From Candidatus Latescibacterota bacterium (GTDB lineage: Bacteria; Latescibacterota; UBA2968): a stretch of DNA of 64,000 nucleotides. A program made the translations under genes and the position numbers. The stretch spans positions 3,659,767 to 3,723,766 of the forward strand of contig OZ242010.1 in NCBI GenBank assembly GCA_965204745.1, read 5' to 3'. Below, in pieces: positions 41,415-52,344 of this stretch; positions within the stretch are counted from its first letter, which is position 1, and the number at the start of each line of letters is the position of its first letter. A model generated the notes under the pieces. It searched no databases and had not been told where the DNA came from. It saw only the letters and a list, made by a program, of their open reading frames with translations.

Positions 41415-41569
41415 GACATCCTCCCAAAAAAATTGCAGACGATTTCTCAAACGCGGCTCAATCTAATGCGTGGCGTTTTTGCGAACAAGCAAAAAACCAT
41501 CCCGTCTGCGGAATACCTTGACATTTGGGAAAAAGGGGCTATACATGAAGAGGCCGCCCTGCCCCGCCC

Positions 41570-41810
41570 AACTCCTCCAACCCCAAGTAGTCAGTAGTCA
41601 GTTGTCAGTCCCCGCACCGCCCTTCCGCAAGTGAGACGTGAGACGCAAGAGGGCCACCCGGCACCCCAAGTGGTCAGTGGTTAGCCCCCGCCCAACTCCT
41701 CCAACCCCAAGTAGTCAGTAGTCAGTAGTCAGTCCCCGCACCGCCCTTCCGCAAGTGAGACGTGAGACGCAAGACGGGAGAGGGCCACCCAGCACCCCAA
41801 GCACTCAGTG
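41570..41810. repeat. Tandem duplication of a ~120-bp composite unit ((CAGTAGT)n + ccccgcaccgcccttccgcaagtgagacgtgagacgcaaga...gagggccacc.agcaccccaag)
   Basis: Two adjacent copies, a third at 42600-42730, and reverse-orientation copies at 30062-30135 and 30311-30354. Confidence 0.7.
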
Positions 41811-41875
41811 GTCAGCAAAACAAGCGGTGGATAGTGAGGGTCGAAAGCTGATGGTTGTCTTTCAAAGGAATCCCC

Positions 41876-42565
41876 ATGTGTGGTCGATATGTTTATGCTG
41901 CCCAGCGCGATGAGAACCAGCGCGCATTTCCGCAATTTGACTTTCCCTGCGCGATGCCCAAGCGATACAATATCGCGCCGGGGCAGAATATTACCGCGAT
42001 AGCCAACACGGATACGCCGCGTGCAGACACCTTCAAATGGGGGCTGATTCCGTCTTGGGCAAAAGACAGCAAAATCGGCAATCGCCTCATCAATGCTCGG
42101 GGAGAAACCCTTGCGGAAAAGCCCTCGTTTCGGATGGCGTACAAAAAACAGCGGTGCCTCATTCCCGCAACCGGATTTTACGAATGGCAACGCAACCCCG
42201 ATGGCAGAACCAAAACGCCCATGCACATCGCGCTCAAATCCGGCGCGCCCTTTGCCTTTGCCGGCCTTTGGGACGTGTGGCACGCACCCACCGGAGAACG
42301 CATCCAATCCTGCACCATTATCACGACCGAACCCAACGACCTGATGGCACCCATTCACAACCGCATGCCCGTCATCCTTCCGGCAGAGGCGTATGACGCT
42401 TGGCTCGACCCAGAAGAACGCATCGACTTGCGAGAACTCCTCGTTCCATACGCGGCGCGAGAGATGATCGCCCATCCGGTTTCGACCCTTGTCAACAGCC
42501 CGAGAAACGATACCCCGGACTGCCTGAAACCCGCATCGCCGCCCGAACAAGGGGCATTGTTTTGA
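41876..42565 (+). CDS. SOS-response-associated peptidase (SRAP/YedK) abasic-site processing protein
   Basis: N-terminal MCGRY (catalytic Cys2), which defines the start at 41876. Confidence 0.8.
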   Translation: MCGRYVYAAQRDENQRAFPQFDFPCAMPKRYNIAPGQNITAIANTDTPRADTFKWGLIPSWAKDSKIGNRLINARGETLAEKPSFRMAYKKQRCLIPATGFYEWQRNPDGRTKTPMHIALKSGAPFAFAGLWDVWHAPTGERIQSCTIITTEPNDLMAPIHNRMPVILPAEAYDAWLDPEERIDLRELLVPYAAREMIAHPVSTLVNSPRNDTPDCLKPASPPEQGALF

Positions 42566-42858
42566 AAGACACGACAAGGAGTGCGAATGGGCAAACCCTG
42601 CCCAACCGCTGCGCCCAAGTAGTCAGTAGTCAGTGGTCAGTGGTCAGTGGTCAGTCCCCGCACCGCCCTTCCGCAAGTGAGACGTGAGACGCAAGACAGG
42701 AGAGGCCCGCCCAGCACCCCAAGCGGTCAGCGGTCAGTGGTCAGCCCACCCCGCCGCCCTGTCTCATTAGTCGTAGGGAGTTGCCTCTCAAGGCCGTTCA
42801 ACGGTCAGTTGTCACCCCGTTCTCTTTCATCTTTCAACCGATCTCTTTGGAGTCCATC

Positions 42859-43617
42859 ATGACCATTGTCGATACCCATTGCCACATTGGCCTGCACAAA
42901 TACGAACCCGTGGAATCCCTGCTCTACCACATGAACACATCCAAAGTCGATAAAGCCGTTTTCATCCAATACGCGGGAAACGCGGACAATCAGTACATGA
43001 TCGACTGCATGGCGGCGCATCCGGGGAAATTTCAAGCGGCGATGATCGTCGCCCCAACAGACGATGGCACGGCCATGCGCGGATGGGCAGAGCAAGGCAT
43101 CGTGGGCATTCGCCTGCCGGCAAACAGCCGCGCAGATAGCTCCGATCCGCTCGCACAGTGGCGCGTAGCAGCAGAACTCGACCTCGTCGTCAGCGCGCCG
43201 AGCAATCCCCAAAGCCTCTTGAGCGATGAGTTTGCAGAGGTGATCAAAAAATTTTCGAATCTGTCTATCGCAATCGAACACCTCGCGGGCATTGGCGAAG
43301 GCCAACAGCCGCCCTATCACACGTTCAAAGAAATCCTCGCGCTCGCCGAACACCCGAATCTGTCCATCAAACTCCCCGGATTCGGCGAGTTCTGTCCCGT
43401 GCCCATGCCCTTTGACCCCATCCCCCCACTCGCCGATATGGCTATCGAAGCCTTTGGCCCGCAGCGCGTCATGTGGGGCAGCGATTACCCGCCCGTGAGC
43501 AGGCGCGAAGGCTATGACAATTCCCTGCGCGTGCCAATGGATTACCTCAGCGGATTCAGCGCAGCCGCCCGAGAATGGATATTCGGAAAAACCGCCCTGA
43601 AAATCTGGCGGTTCTGA
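42859..43617 (+). CDS. Amidohydrolase-2 family metal-dependent hydrolase (TIM barrel)
   Basis: MTIVDTHCHIG metal-binding H-x-H N-terminus. Confidence 0.65.
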   Translation: MTIVDTHCHIGLHKYEPVESLLYHMNTSKVDKAVFIQYAGNADNQYMIDCMAAHPGKFQAAMIVAPTDDGTAMRGWAEQGIVGIRLPANSRADSSDPLAQWRVAAELDLVVSAPSNPQSLLSDEFAEVIKKFSNLSIAIEHLAGIGEGQQPPYHTFKEILALAEHPNLSIKLPGFGEFCPVPMPFDPIPPLADMAIEAFGPQRVMWGSDYPPVSRREGYDNSLRVPMDYLSGFSAAAREWIFGKTALKIWRF

Positions 43618-43735
43618 TCTCGTTGTGACTCATGTCCAATCACGCGAAATTCGACCTTGATTTGAACATCTGTTTTGCGTGATCTCATCGAGACAACCGG
43701 AAGATTTAACCCAACTTCCCCAAGGAGACATTGCG

Positions 43736-44047
43736 ATGGAAACCTACATCATCTCTTACGATATGGCTTGGGGAGGTGATTACAATGCCCTCCATGAGGC
43801 CATTCAAAGCTACGGGGCTTGGGCGCGTATTACCGATTCAACATGGGCTGTGTTGACCGAATATAGTGCTCAAATGATTCGCGATCACTTGAGCGAATAT
43901 CTCCCCGATGGGAGCCGTCTTTTCGTTGTCAGGTCCGGCGATGAAGCGGCGTGGCAATACGTCAATAGCTCTGAGTGGCTGGAAGGTATCCTGTTGCAAG
44001 ATGTAACTCGCCTGAACAAATTGCACTTACTTTCGCAACTCGATTAG
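43736..44047 (+). CDS. Hypothetical small protein (103 aa)
   Basis: AAGGAGA RBS. METYIISYDMAWGGDYNALHEAIQSYGAWARITDSTW... No family recognised. Confidence 0.4.
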   Translation: METYIISYDMAWGGDYNALHEAIQSYGAWARITDSTWAVLTEYSAQMIRDHLSEYLPDGSRLFVVRSGDEAAWQYVNSSEWLEGILLQDVTRLNKLHLLSQLD

Positions 44048-44128
44048 CCAGCCAACAAGTCCAGTCTCGATCATCTCGGTTGCGGTTATCAGCCTCTTGA
44101 TCGGGCAGATAAGATGTGAAAAACAAAA

Positions 44129-44163
44129 AGCGTCGGCTTAAATAGCTGACGCTTTTTTTTTAA
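44129..44163. terminator. Intrinsic terminator: 9-bp stem (agcgtcggc/gctgacgct) plus a T9 run; bidirectional
   Basis: Lies between convergent genes 43736..44047 (+) and 44185..44628 (-). Confidence 0.65.
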
Positions 44164-44184
44164 ATGGATTGTCTATTGCGGGTG

Positions 44185-44628
44185 TTACTCCTCGTATTCG
44201 GGAAATGCGGGGGCGAGCATGAAGGCGCAATCCTCGTGGCATTTGCCGCAGTAGGGCACCATTGCGCGGAACTGCTTGTTCGCCTCTTTGACATTGCCCG
44301 CCTTGGCTGCCGAGGCGATTCCCAACGCCAGGGTTTGAGAGGCTTGGTTGTAAATCGTGTATTTCTCCTCGTGTTCCGGCGGATAGAGCTCGATCACCGC
44401 TTTCAGGGCTTTCTGAATCCGCTCGGCCTCATCGGCGACCCCATCCACTGTCTCGTTTTTCAGCGCGACCATAATTCGGTCTGTGCTCAACTTGATCGCG
44501 CGCATTTCCGCACGCCTCTTGGGCAACTGATTGTCGGCTTGTTCCTGCCCGCCGCCACACCCGACGATAGCCGCCATCATCACACCCAGCGCGACCAACC
44601 CCAGAGCCATCCATCTCACATAGCGCAT
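44185..44628 (-). CDS. Class II c-type cytochrome (cytochrome c'-like) lipoprotein
   Basis: Single CGKCHE haem motif near the C-terminus. Signal/lipobox MALGLVALGVMMAAIVGC. GAGGAGG RBS. Confidence 0.55.
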   Translation of the reverse strand: MRYVRWMALGLVALGVMMAAIVGCGGGQEQADNQLPKRRAEMRAIKLSTDRIMVALKNETVDGVADEAERIQKALKAVIELYPPEHEEKYTIYNQASQTLALGIASAAKAGNVKEANKQFRAMVPYCGKCHEDCAFMLAPAFPEYEE

Positions 44629-44698
44629 TGCATCCTCCTCGTTACCTATTTCACATGAACCAAACCAAAGGTGATGATACACCTTCCCGAACGCAAAA

Positions 44699-45730
44699 TC
44701 AAGTCTTTCCAGAGGGCTTGTCTGGCCCTCCCAGCACTTTTCGCAACCCTTCCTGAACCCGCCGATTTTGATTGATCTGGCGCACTCCGGCCTGAATCAT
44801 AAACCGCGAAAGCCGATCTTTTTTCGCCCGCATCCAGCGGTTGAGCGGCGGGTACGCGTACATCAAAAAACCCGACAAACAGATCGCCAGCGTCACGCAT
44901 GCAACGATATCCGTGTAGATATAGGCGTGGCTATAACCCGCAAAAATGGACCCCGTATGCAAATCGAGCATCACCGAGCGAAAATCGTCAGACCGCACCA
45001 TCACCAGCGAGGTAATCGACATCAGGACCAACAAAATCATGCCGATCAGCCCGGCCCAATAGTGTAGCTTGCGGTTGTACTTAAACACGGTGTTGATAAC
45101 CGTGCGATCCTCCACCAGATACTCAAAGCCGGACAGGCGTTCCATCTGCGCTTCGAGCAACTCGTTGCGATGGGCCATCTCCTCGCGGCGCAACATCATA
45201 TCGACCAACCCGCCGATCTGATCCGCCACTTCTTGCAGAAACTCCTCATCGTCTTTTGTAAAATACCCCGGATCGGCTTTCTTGTTCAGGAGTTCGATCA
45301 CGCCGATAGGCTCTTTGCGCCTGTTGCGAAGCGGATAGGCCAAAATGGTCTGCGCTTCATCCCCATGTGCATTGGAAAACAACGGGTCTTTTGCCGCATC
45401 CCTCACATTTCTCACGTCGCCGCTGCTGAACACCTGCCCGATAATGCCCCGATTGCTCGGCATGCGGACCTGCGTGCCCTCAGAACGCGCGGTGCCCACA
45501 TGCGTGTAAAGCTCATCTGTCAGGCGATTGTGAAAATAAATCGCACATCGATCTGCCCCCAAGTACGTGGATATTTCACGCGCAATGCCCTGGATCAACT
45601 GCCCCTGATTTGACGTGGCATTCATCAACCGGCTGATTGCCAACAGGGATTCCAAACGCTCGACGCGCGCGGCGAGATCTCGAGAAGACGCATCGTCTCG
45701 TGCCATATCTTCAACCTTGAATGCGAACAT
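44699..45730 (-). CDS. GAF-domain protein fused to a C-terminal PepSY-associated TM segment; start uncertain
   Basis: GAF-like block (RCAIYFHN...GIIGQVF...ILAYPL) followed by TM helices. Confidence 0.5.
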   Translation of the reverse strand: MFAFKVEDMARDDASSRDLAARVERLESLLAISRLMNATSNQGQLIQGIAREISTYLGADRCAIYFHNRLTDELYTHVGTARSEGTQVRMPSNRGIIGQVFSSGDVRNVRDAAKDPLFSNAHGDEAQTILAYPLRNRRKEPIGVIELLNKKADPGYFTKDDEEFLQEVADQIGGLVDMMLRREEMAHRNELLEAQMERLSGFEYLVEDRTVINTVFKYNRKLHYWAGLIGMILLVLMSITSLVMVRSDDFRSVMLDLHTGSIFAGYSHAYIYTDIVACVTLAICLSGFLMYAYPPLNRWMRAKKDRLSRFMIQAGVRQINQNRRVQEGLRKVLGGPDKPSGKT

Positions 45731-45890
45731 GTCCCCGCGGGTGTGCGGGAAGCTAAATACGGGTGAACCGATTTCGGCGATCATTCAACGCTTCAATATA
45801 CAAAAGTTTTGGCGAAATACAAAACGTGGCGTAAGTGCAACCATGGACAGGCGTTGGGCGGTCGTCTCAGTCACCGGACTCCGACATTGG

Positions 45891-46574
45891 CTACGCCCGT
45901 GTCGGCGTGACGTTTGCCCTTCGTGGATCACGTCTCACCAATTCCGCCGTGCCCCACAGACTCGGATCGTAAGCCACGGGCAAAATTTCCTCTGCGGTCC
46001 AAACTTGTCGCCCCAACTTTCTGTCGCGGAGCAAATAGGTAAATCCGAGCCGGTTGTTCTCGGCGGGATCGAATCCGGTCAGGGCATCCGCGGGGATGCG
46101 CGCTTCTAGCCGGTACCCGGTTTGGAACACCTTTGACGCCACCTCTAACCGCTCGGGATCGCACAATCGGGGATGTGCCCGTGCCTGTCGCAACCGAAAC
46201 GGCCTGCCCCCGGCCTTCTCCGTGCCATTGCCCGGCCAAAAGCAAAAATGGTGACAATAGCGGCTGCCTCGGGGGGCGGTACGCACGTCGCGCGTGTCGA
46301 CCCACACCTGAAAACCATCCCCGCGCAAGGGCCGCCGAACATCGGGCGCACGCCCACCCGCGCCTTTTACATCAACGGCGAAAAACAACCCATTGTCGCG
46401 CCACGCCATGTACACATCGGCAAAGGCAGATTTCTCCTCTACGCCCATCAAATCGGGCACCAGATGCGTCTCATCCCAGTCGTCGATCTCGCCATCGATC
46501 ACCGGGGCATCTGCGCGAAACGCACATGGAAATGCCACATGAAAAAATGCGCGCTTGGGAATCCCGATATTCAT
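45891..46574 (-). CDS. Hypothetical protein, CBM9/DOMON-like carbohydrate-binding domain candidate
   Basis: VIDGEIDDWDE...FADVYMAWRDNGLFFAV resembles the CBM9-type IDG-x-LDE-W signature. Confidence 0.35.
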   Translation of the reverse strand: MNIGIPKRAFFHVAFPCAFRADAPVIDGEIDDWDETHLVPDLMGVEEKSAFADVYMAWRDNGLFFAVDVKGAGGRAPDVRRPLRGDGFQVWVDTRDVRTAPRGSRYCHHFCFWPGNGTEKAGGRPFRLRQARAHPRLCDPERLEVASKVFQTGYRLEARIPADALTGFDPAENNRLGFTYLLRDRKLGRQVWTAEEILPVAYDPSLWGTAELVRRDPRRANVTPTRA

Positions 46575-46685
46575 ACGTCACGTCTCCGGGCAAATCGGCG
46601 AATCCATTCGGGCAGGCTACGGGTACAGGGGTCAGTTGCCAACCATTCATCTTCGGGCTTATCAACGAAGATATTACGTTGCTTT

Positions 46686-47201
46686 TTACGCACCTTCGGC
46701 GGCTTCATCGGCGAGGTCGCGCTGGGCGAGGTCGCGGTCGAGCAGGAACAGGCCATTGCCTTCTGTGCCGACCAGTTTGAGCGTGTCGATGAGTTCCTTG
46801 ACTGCGGCTTCTTCTTCGACTTGCTCTGTGATAAACCACTGGAGAAAGGTGTGGGTGGCGTGATCGCGTTCAGACAGGGCGAGGTCCGCGATGTTGTAGA
46901 TGCTTTGAGACACTTTTTGCTCGTGGGCGAGACTGTCTTCAAACACGTCCAAAGGGTTGTCCCAGTTCTGCTTGGGCGCGTCCAAGGCTTGAAAGCGGAT
47001 CTCGGCCTCGCGGTCGTCGAGAAAATCGTAAATTTTCATGCCATGCCCGAGTTCCTCTTGGGCCTGAACGCGCATCCAATGGGCGAACCCATTGAGGTTC
47101 TGCGTGAGAAAATACGCCGACATCGCCAGATAGCTATACGCGGAATAGTATTCCAAGTTGAGCTGATCGTTGAGGGCCGCAGCGATTTTGGAATTGATCA
47201 T
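46686..47201 (-). CDS. Ferritin (non-haem, Ftn-like)
   Basis: Ferroxidase di-iron ligands (E-x-x-H ...). 171 aa. Confidence 0.85.
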   Translation of the reverse strand: MINSKIAAALNDQLNLEYYSAYSYLAMSAYFLTQNLNGFAHWMRVQAQEELGHGMKIYDFLDDREAEIRFQALDAPKQNWDNPLDVFEDSLAHEQKVSQSIYNIADLALSERDHATHTFLQWFITEQVEEEAAVKELIDTLKLVGTEGNGLFLLDRDLAQRDLADEAAEGA

Positions 47202-47453
47202 GGTGTTCTCCTCTCGTGAGGGGGGTCAAAAAAACAGCATCCGAATATGAGATAAGTATAGCGAAAATACGGGCTTTGTCAATCTCTTAAAATATGCGTT
47301 GTTTAGAAGGCGGAACACGCGAATCGCCAGGCGCGTTTTTTCATTGATTCTTTTGTCAAAATTGCGTAAGACTTACTTAACAGTACCAAACGCGGAAGTT
47401 TAATCACCCCAGCGTGGCCTTTCGCGCCACCCAACAGGAGGTCTATTTTTGTC

Positions 47454-47933
47454 ATGATTCCCGAAAAGGTCCTCGCGGCCTTGAACGAACAACTCAATTT
47501 TGAGTTTCATTCGGCATTTCACTACCTCGCCATGGAGACCTATTTTCACGAGGTCAATCTGCACGGATTTGCCAAATACATGCGCGAGCAATACAAAGAA
47601 GAACGGCAACACGCGCTCAAGATCGTGGATTACATCAATGCGCGAAACTGCCGGGTCAGGCTCAAGCAAATCGCCGAACCGCCTTCAGAGTGGGCGTCGC
47701 CACTGGAGGTTTTTCAAGACGCCTATCGCCAAGAGCAAAAATCCAGTGGGATGATCAACGACTTGGTCGATCTCGCCCTGGACGAGCGCGACCATGCAAC
47801 GGATATTTTTTTGAAGTGGTTTATCGAAAAACAAGTGGAGGAAGAAGCGCGGATCGGCAGCATCGTCCACAAGTTGAAACTGGTCGGCGATGACACGTAC
47901 GGCTTGTTTTTGCTGGATCGAGATATGGGGTAA
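47454..47933 (+). CDS. Ferritin (second paralogue, divergently transcribed)
   Basis: Similar to 46686..47201 (LNEQLNFEFHSAFHYLAMETYF...). Confidence 0.85.
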   Translation: MIPEKVLAALNEQLNFEFHSAFHYLAMETYFHEVNLHGFAKYMREQYKEERQHALKIVDYINARNCRVRLKQIAEPPSEWASPLEVFQDAYRQEQKSSGMINDLVDLALDERDHATDIFLKWFIEKQVEEEARIGSIVHKLKLVGDDTYGLFLLDRDMG

Positions 47934-48047
47934 GAGGAGTGAGATGTCGTTTTAATTTTTTCGGGACCGATCCCCTAACCCCTTTCTATGTGGGAAGACC
48001 GTCTCCCCTCTCCGTTTCGGGGAGGGGTCATACCGCCCCATGACAAA

Positions 48048-48078
48048 GTGCCCTCCGAGTATTGGAGGGCACTTTTTT
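48048..48078 (+). terminator. Intrinsic terminator gtgccctcc-gagtatt-ggagggcac followed by TTTTTT
   Basis: Downstream of the + strand ferritin. Confidence 0.55.
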
Positions 48079-48110
48079 AATTTCAGCGGATGGTAATTGA
48101 TGGCGTAGCG

Positions 48111-49730
48111 TTACTGGGCGCGCCACAAAAAATAGAACCAACTGACGATGACGCCGATAGTGAGAGTTGAGAAAATCGCGATGATCCCCCAGACGCCCGC
48201 CGGTGTATCGGGCAGAGAAGCGGAGGCAACCGGTGGGCCGGGAATCGCGGTTGGCGCGGGAAATACGGCTTTGTAAGTGGTCTCGTCCCATCGCGTGATT
48301 TGCACTTGAAGCGGGGTATGAGGCTCTGTAGTCAGGGTGGCGGTTGGCGCGAATGCCGTTCCTTTCATCGAGATGGATTCGCCCCCGGATTCGCCAATGG
48401 AAACCCGCTTGTAATTTGGAAAGCCCTCGCCCAAAAATTTTGCGGCGAGTTGCATGCCTTCTCGCGGATTGCAAGGCACGGCACACGTCACTTTTATCCG
48501 ATAGGGGCCAACGGCGCGTTCGGCGATGACCACGGGCGGCGCGCTTTGTGTGCCGTACTCGTAAATGCCTTCGATGGTAGAGAACACCGCGACGACAAAA
48601 TACGCCAGCGTGAGAATGGCGGACACAGTCGCGCCGCGCAACCTCGGTGCAACAGAGGACTTTGCGCGCACCACCCATAAGTACGCGCCCGCCAAAATTG
48701 AGAACGACAGGGCCAGCCCAAAAATGAACCAGATGATTTTGGTCGCAAGCCCGCCGAAATACCCAAAGTGTAGGGGATCGACCAGATCCGTAATAAGGGG
48801 AATGACCGCGAGATCCGCGCTGCGTTGCGCGGCGATAACTCCGCCGCTAAACGGGTGCAACAGCACTTTGTTGGCGCGATCTCTGACCAGGGGATTGCCC
48901 GCTTGCCCATCCAAATAGACCGGCGCGCCAATGCGGTTGGGCATCCGCAAGGATCGGATGGTCAGGCCGGGAAACGCGGCTCGGGCGCGGTTTGCGTATT
49001 CGTTGGGCGCGAGCAATTCGGGCTGCACGCCGTAACTGCCGAGCGACGTTTTATCGACTTGTGGCAAGGGCGGCGGCAACAGTGCTCGGTAATTGTCTGC
49101 GGCTTGAAAACACACTTCCACAAAGTAGAACACACCCGTAGCCGCGATCAGCAACACAAAGAGGAAAACCCATATTCCCGTGGTTTTGTGCAGATCTGAC
49201 CAGCGCCTGCGCGGCCCTTTGTCTGTACGCAACGCGAAGAATTGCGCGCGCCAACCCTTGTAAAAACAGACCCCAGACAGCCCGGATACGAGCAGCGCAA
49301 ACGCGGTGAGGGTGACGAGGACGATACCGCGCGTGCCGTCAAAAAAACGACGGTGAAAGGAGCGGAAGAACCGCTGTACATTAAAAAAACTGGTCTGCCC
49401 TTGCAACGCGCCGGTATGGGGATCGAGATAGACTTTGCGCGTTTGTCCGCTTGAAAAAGCGACATAAGCCAAAGCCGCAAACCCATCGCCGATAGGCGCG
49501 TACACGCCCAACACGCGCCCATCGGGAAATTTATCGGTCAGGGTTTCGCACATCGCGGTCCAGTCATAAGGCGCGTCGCGGGTTTCGGCGCGCACGGCCG
49601 GATTGAGCAACCAGTCCATTTCATGGGATAGGGTGGCAAATGATCCGGAAAAGCAGACCACGAAAAGCAACAAGCCAATATTCAGCCCCAACCAGCCGTG
49701 CAGGCGAAAGAGCATCTTGCGCCAATTCAT
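48111..49730 (-). CDS. PepSY-associated TM helix protein (PiuB-like iron-regulated membrane protein)
   Basis: N-terminal MNWRKMLFRLHGWLGLNIGLLLFVVCFSG typical of PepSY_TM proteins. Immediately downstream of the TonB-dependent receptor. Confidence 0.7.
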   Translation of the reverse strand: MNWRKMLFRLHGWLGLNIGLLLFVVCFSGSFATLSHEMDWLLNPAVRAETRDAPYDWTAMCETLTDKFPDGRVLGVYAPIGDGFAALAYVAFSSGQTRKVYLDPHTGALQGQTSFFNVQRFFRSFHRRFFDGTRGIVLVTLTAFALLVSGLSGVCFYKGWRAQFFALRTDKGPRRRWSDLHKTTGIWVFLFVLLIAATGVFYFVEVCFQAADNYRALLPPPLPQVDKTSLGSYGVQPELLAPNEYANRARAAFPGLTIRSLRMPNRIGAPVYLDGQAGNPLVRDRANKVLLHPFSGGVIAAQRSADLAVIPLITDLVDPLHFGYFGGLATKIIWFIFGLALSFSILAGAYLWVVRAKSSVAPRLRGATVSAILTLAYFVVAVFSTIEGIYEYGTQSAPPVVIAERAVGPYRIKVTCAVPCNPREGMQLAAKFLGEGFPNYKRVSIGESGGESISMKGTAFAPTATLTTEPHTPLQVQITRWDETTYKAVFPAPTAIPGPPVASASLPDTPAGVWGIIAIFSTLTIGVIVSWFYFLWRAQ

Positions 49731-49753
49731 TCCAAACCCCAAGCGGTTGGCGA

Positions 49754-52156
49754 TCAAAATTGATAGCGGACGGTCGCGTCGAAGCTCCGCGGCGTGCCCC
49801 TGAACCCGCCGATGCGACCGCCATACCCCCCGGGAAAGTATTCTTTGTCAAAGAGGTTGTGCAAGTTGATGGCGATGTCGAATCGGTCATAGCGAATAAA
49901 AACAGCGCCATTGGCGACGAAGTACGCGGGCAAATGATCCCCGATAGCGCGGGTGGTGCGCTCGCTGAGATAACTGCCGCCCAAAGCAAACCCCAACCGA
50001 ATGGCATGCGCGAGCGGCATGTCGTAGCGCGACCAAAACCCGATGGCGTTTTTGGGATTGTTGGGATTGGCTCGACCAATGTTGGCCGGGTTGGTGTCTT
50101 TGGTGATTTCGGCTTTGAGGCTGTGGGCAAAGCTACCGTGTACGCGCCAGCGATCCGCGATGAGGCCCGCGATGTCCAGTTCAAAACCCCGGCTTTGGAT
50201 TTCGCCGACTTGCACCCTGCGATCCGGCATGTCTTCGGGCGGGTTGGCATCGCGGAGAATGACGTTTTCCTTGGCGATGTGATACAGCGCGAAGGTGGTG
50301 TTAAAGCGGCCATCTAAGAATGTCGATTTCGCGCCGCCTTCTATGGTCCAACTGTTCTCCGGATCAAAAGGCCCGCCGTATCGGTCCGGGTCAAATGTGT
50401 AGCTAGAACTGACGGGTTCAAATCCCTCGCTGTAGCTCAAATAGGTCGAGATCCATGGAACGGGTTTGAATACGGCCCCGCCGCGCAAAGACCAATGGGC
50501 GTCGCTAGCCCGATTATTCGATCCGCTTTCGGCTTTGTCTTCAAAGGCGTCGTAACGCAGGCCGAGCAACACATTGAACTTGTCGCCAAAGTCGATTTGG
50601 TCTTGAAAATAAAATCCAAAAGCCGAGATGCGGTTATTGAGGCGCGTGGTCAACTGCGAAATGCCCTGCGGAATGTCCGCACCGTAATAGGAAAATTTGA
50701 GCGGGTTATTTTTCGGCGCGAACACGGGATTCGAGATGTTGATGTTGGGCACCGGCCCGCCCCGGCTGGAATCCCGCGCGGTCGCAAACCGGTAAAGCCC
50801 TTCTGTGAGGGTGTATTCCAACCCCGAAAGCACCGTGTGATAGGTCGATGCAACGGTGAGATTGTAGATCAGATTTGCGTTGGTCGTGCGCTGTTGTTTT
50901 TCGCGGTACTGATCGCGAAATTCGCGCAACATGGTTTCGCCATCGGCGAGCAGGCCCCGGGGTTCGTGGTATTCCTGCCGTCGCTGGTTGGTCAAATAAC
51001 TGGCTGAGGCGTCTATTTTTAAGCGATCTGAAAACCGGTGATCGGCGCGCAAGCGATAGGTATAGGCGTCAATGCTGATAAAATCGTCGGGTTCGTTGAC
51101 CGTGTAATCGAGGGGCAGATCGACGAGTTCGCCGTTGAAAAACGGGATGCCCCGATTGCGGTGGCCCTTGTTCAGTTCGTCAAACCATTCGCCGCCGAGG
51201 GTGATGGACGTGCGGTCCGTGGGTAGCCATGAAAAAGCCCCCTTAAACGCGGAAAAAATGAATTGCTCGTGCCGGCGAAACCCCTCGTCATTGGCGTGGC
51301 TGGCGTTGATTTGGTAGAGCAATTTGCCAAAACCGGGGGTGGCGAGCAAGGGGCCTGTAGAAGAAAAATTGGCCTGCGACTTGGAATAAGATCCCAAGGT
51401 GAATTTGAGTTCGCTATTTCGCGCCGCGCGGGGTTGTTTGGTGATGACGTTGATAAATCCACCGGGGCGCGATTGCCCGTAGAGCGCGCCTGCGGGGCCT
51501 TTGACCACTTCGATGCGCGCCACGTTGTCCAAGCGCATCCGGTTAAAAAATCCATGCACTTGGTTGAGGCCGTTTTGCTTGACCGCGCCATCTCCTGTAG
51601 TGCGAAAGCCGCGCATGTTAAAATCGAGATATTCGCTGAAGGGATTGACGCCACTCACGTTTTGCAACACATCGGTGAGGTACGTCAGCCCCTGGTCTTC
51701 GACGAGGTCGCCCGTGATGATTTGCACGGATTGGGGCAAGTCGCGCAAAGCGGTGTTGGTGCGCGTCGCCGTGGTGCGGTCCGAGGCGTACCCCTCTTCC
51801 ACGACTGTGATTTCATCGAGGATGTACGGGGTGTCTTCGATGAGGGTAATCGCGATGGCGGGCACTTGTTGCGCGACAGACACGGGTCGCTCGACGGTTT
51901 TGTAACCCACGTAACTCGCGACGAGGACGTAGTCGCCGCGCGGCACATTGGGAATCGCAAAGTGCCCTCGCCGATCCGTCACAGTGCCCAAGCGCGTGTT
52001 TTTGAGCGCGACGCTCGCGCCGGGCAAGGGATCGTTGGCGCGATCCAAAACCCGGCCGCGAATCTCATGATTTTGCGCGAGGGCAGATGTTGCAAAAACC
52101 GCGAACAGGGCGAGCGACAAACTGGATGAACAAAAGAAACGAAAGCGGGTTGACAC
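49754..52156 (-). CDS. TonB-dependent receptor with N-terminal carboxypeptidase-regulatory-like domain
   Basis: GGAGGA RBS then GTG 52156. Signal peptide RFRFFCSSSLSLALFAVFATSALA. CarboxypepD_reg (GRVLDRANDPLPGASVAL), plug and 22-strand barrel, ending ...RYQF. Confidence 0.85.
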   Translation of the reverse strand: MSTRFRFFCSSSLSLALFAVFATSALAQNHEIRGRVLDRANDPLPGASVALKNTRLGTVTDRRGHFAIPNVPRGDYVLVASYVGYKTVERPVSVAQQVPAIAITLIEDTPYILDEITVVEEGYASDRTTATRTNTALRDLPQSVQIITGDLVEDQGLTYLTDVLQNVSGVNPFSEYLDFNMRGFRTTGDGAVKQNGLNQVHGFFNRMRLDNVARIEVVKGPAGALYGQSRPGGFINVITKQPRAARNSELKFTLGSYSKSQANFSSTGPLLATPGFGKLLYQINASHANDEGFRRHEQFIFSAFKGAFSWLPTDRTSITLGGEWFDELNKGHRNRGIPFFNGELVDLPLDYTVNEPDDFISIDAYTYRLRADHRFSDRLKIDASASYLTNQRRQEYHEPRGLLADGETMLREFRDQYREKQQRTTNANLIYNLTVASTYHTVLSGLEYTLTEGLYRFATARDSSRGGPVPNINISNPVFAPKNNPLKFSYYGADIPQGISQLTTRLNNRISAFGFYFQDQIDFGDKFNVLLGLRYDAFEDKAESGSNNRASDAHWSLRGGAVFKPVPWISTYLSYSEGFEPVSSSYTFDPDRYGGPFDPENSWTIEGGAKSTFLDGRFNTTFALYHIAKENVILRDANPPEDMPDRRVQVGEIQSRGFELDIAGLIADRWRVHGSFAHSLKAEITKDTNPANIGRANPNNPKNAIGFWSRYDMPLAHAIRLGFALGGSYLSERTTRAIGDHLPAYFVANGAVFIRYDRFDIAINLHNLFDKEYFPGGYGGRIGGFRGTPRSFDATVRYQF

Positions 52157-52344
52157 GGTGGTATCCTCCGTATTGATCAACTTGTTGGGATTGAAATTTT
52201 GAGCGGATGTCATTTTTCGTTTGGACATAAGCGGCATTCGGTTTATTTTTAGAACACGTCGCACCTCCTTTGGGGTGTGGCTACGAGCCATCGGTTTTCT
52301 GCTTGACGGGCGATAACCGATGGCATTTTTCGTTTGTGGCATTT

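Noticed and set aside
43736-44047. Idea that the 103-aa protein is a Cas2-like or TA component
   Set aside because: Only a vague ferredoxin-fold-like pattern. No cas genes or repeats and no partner ORF. Left as hypothetical.
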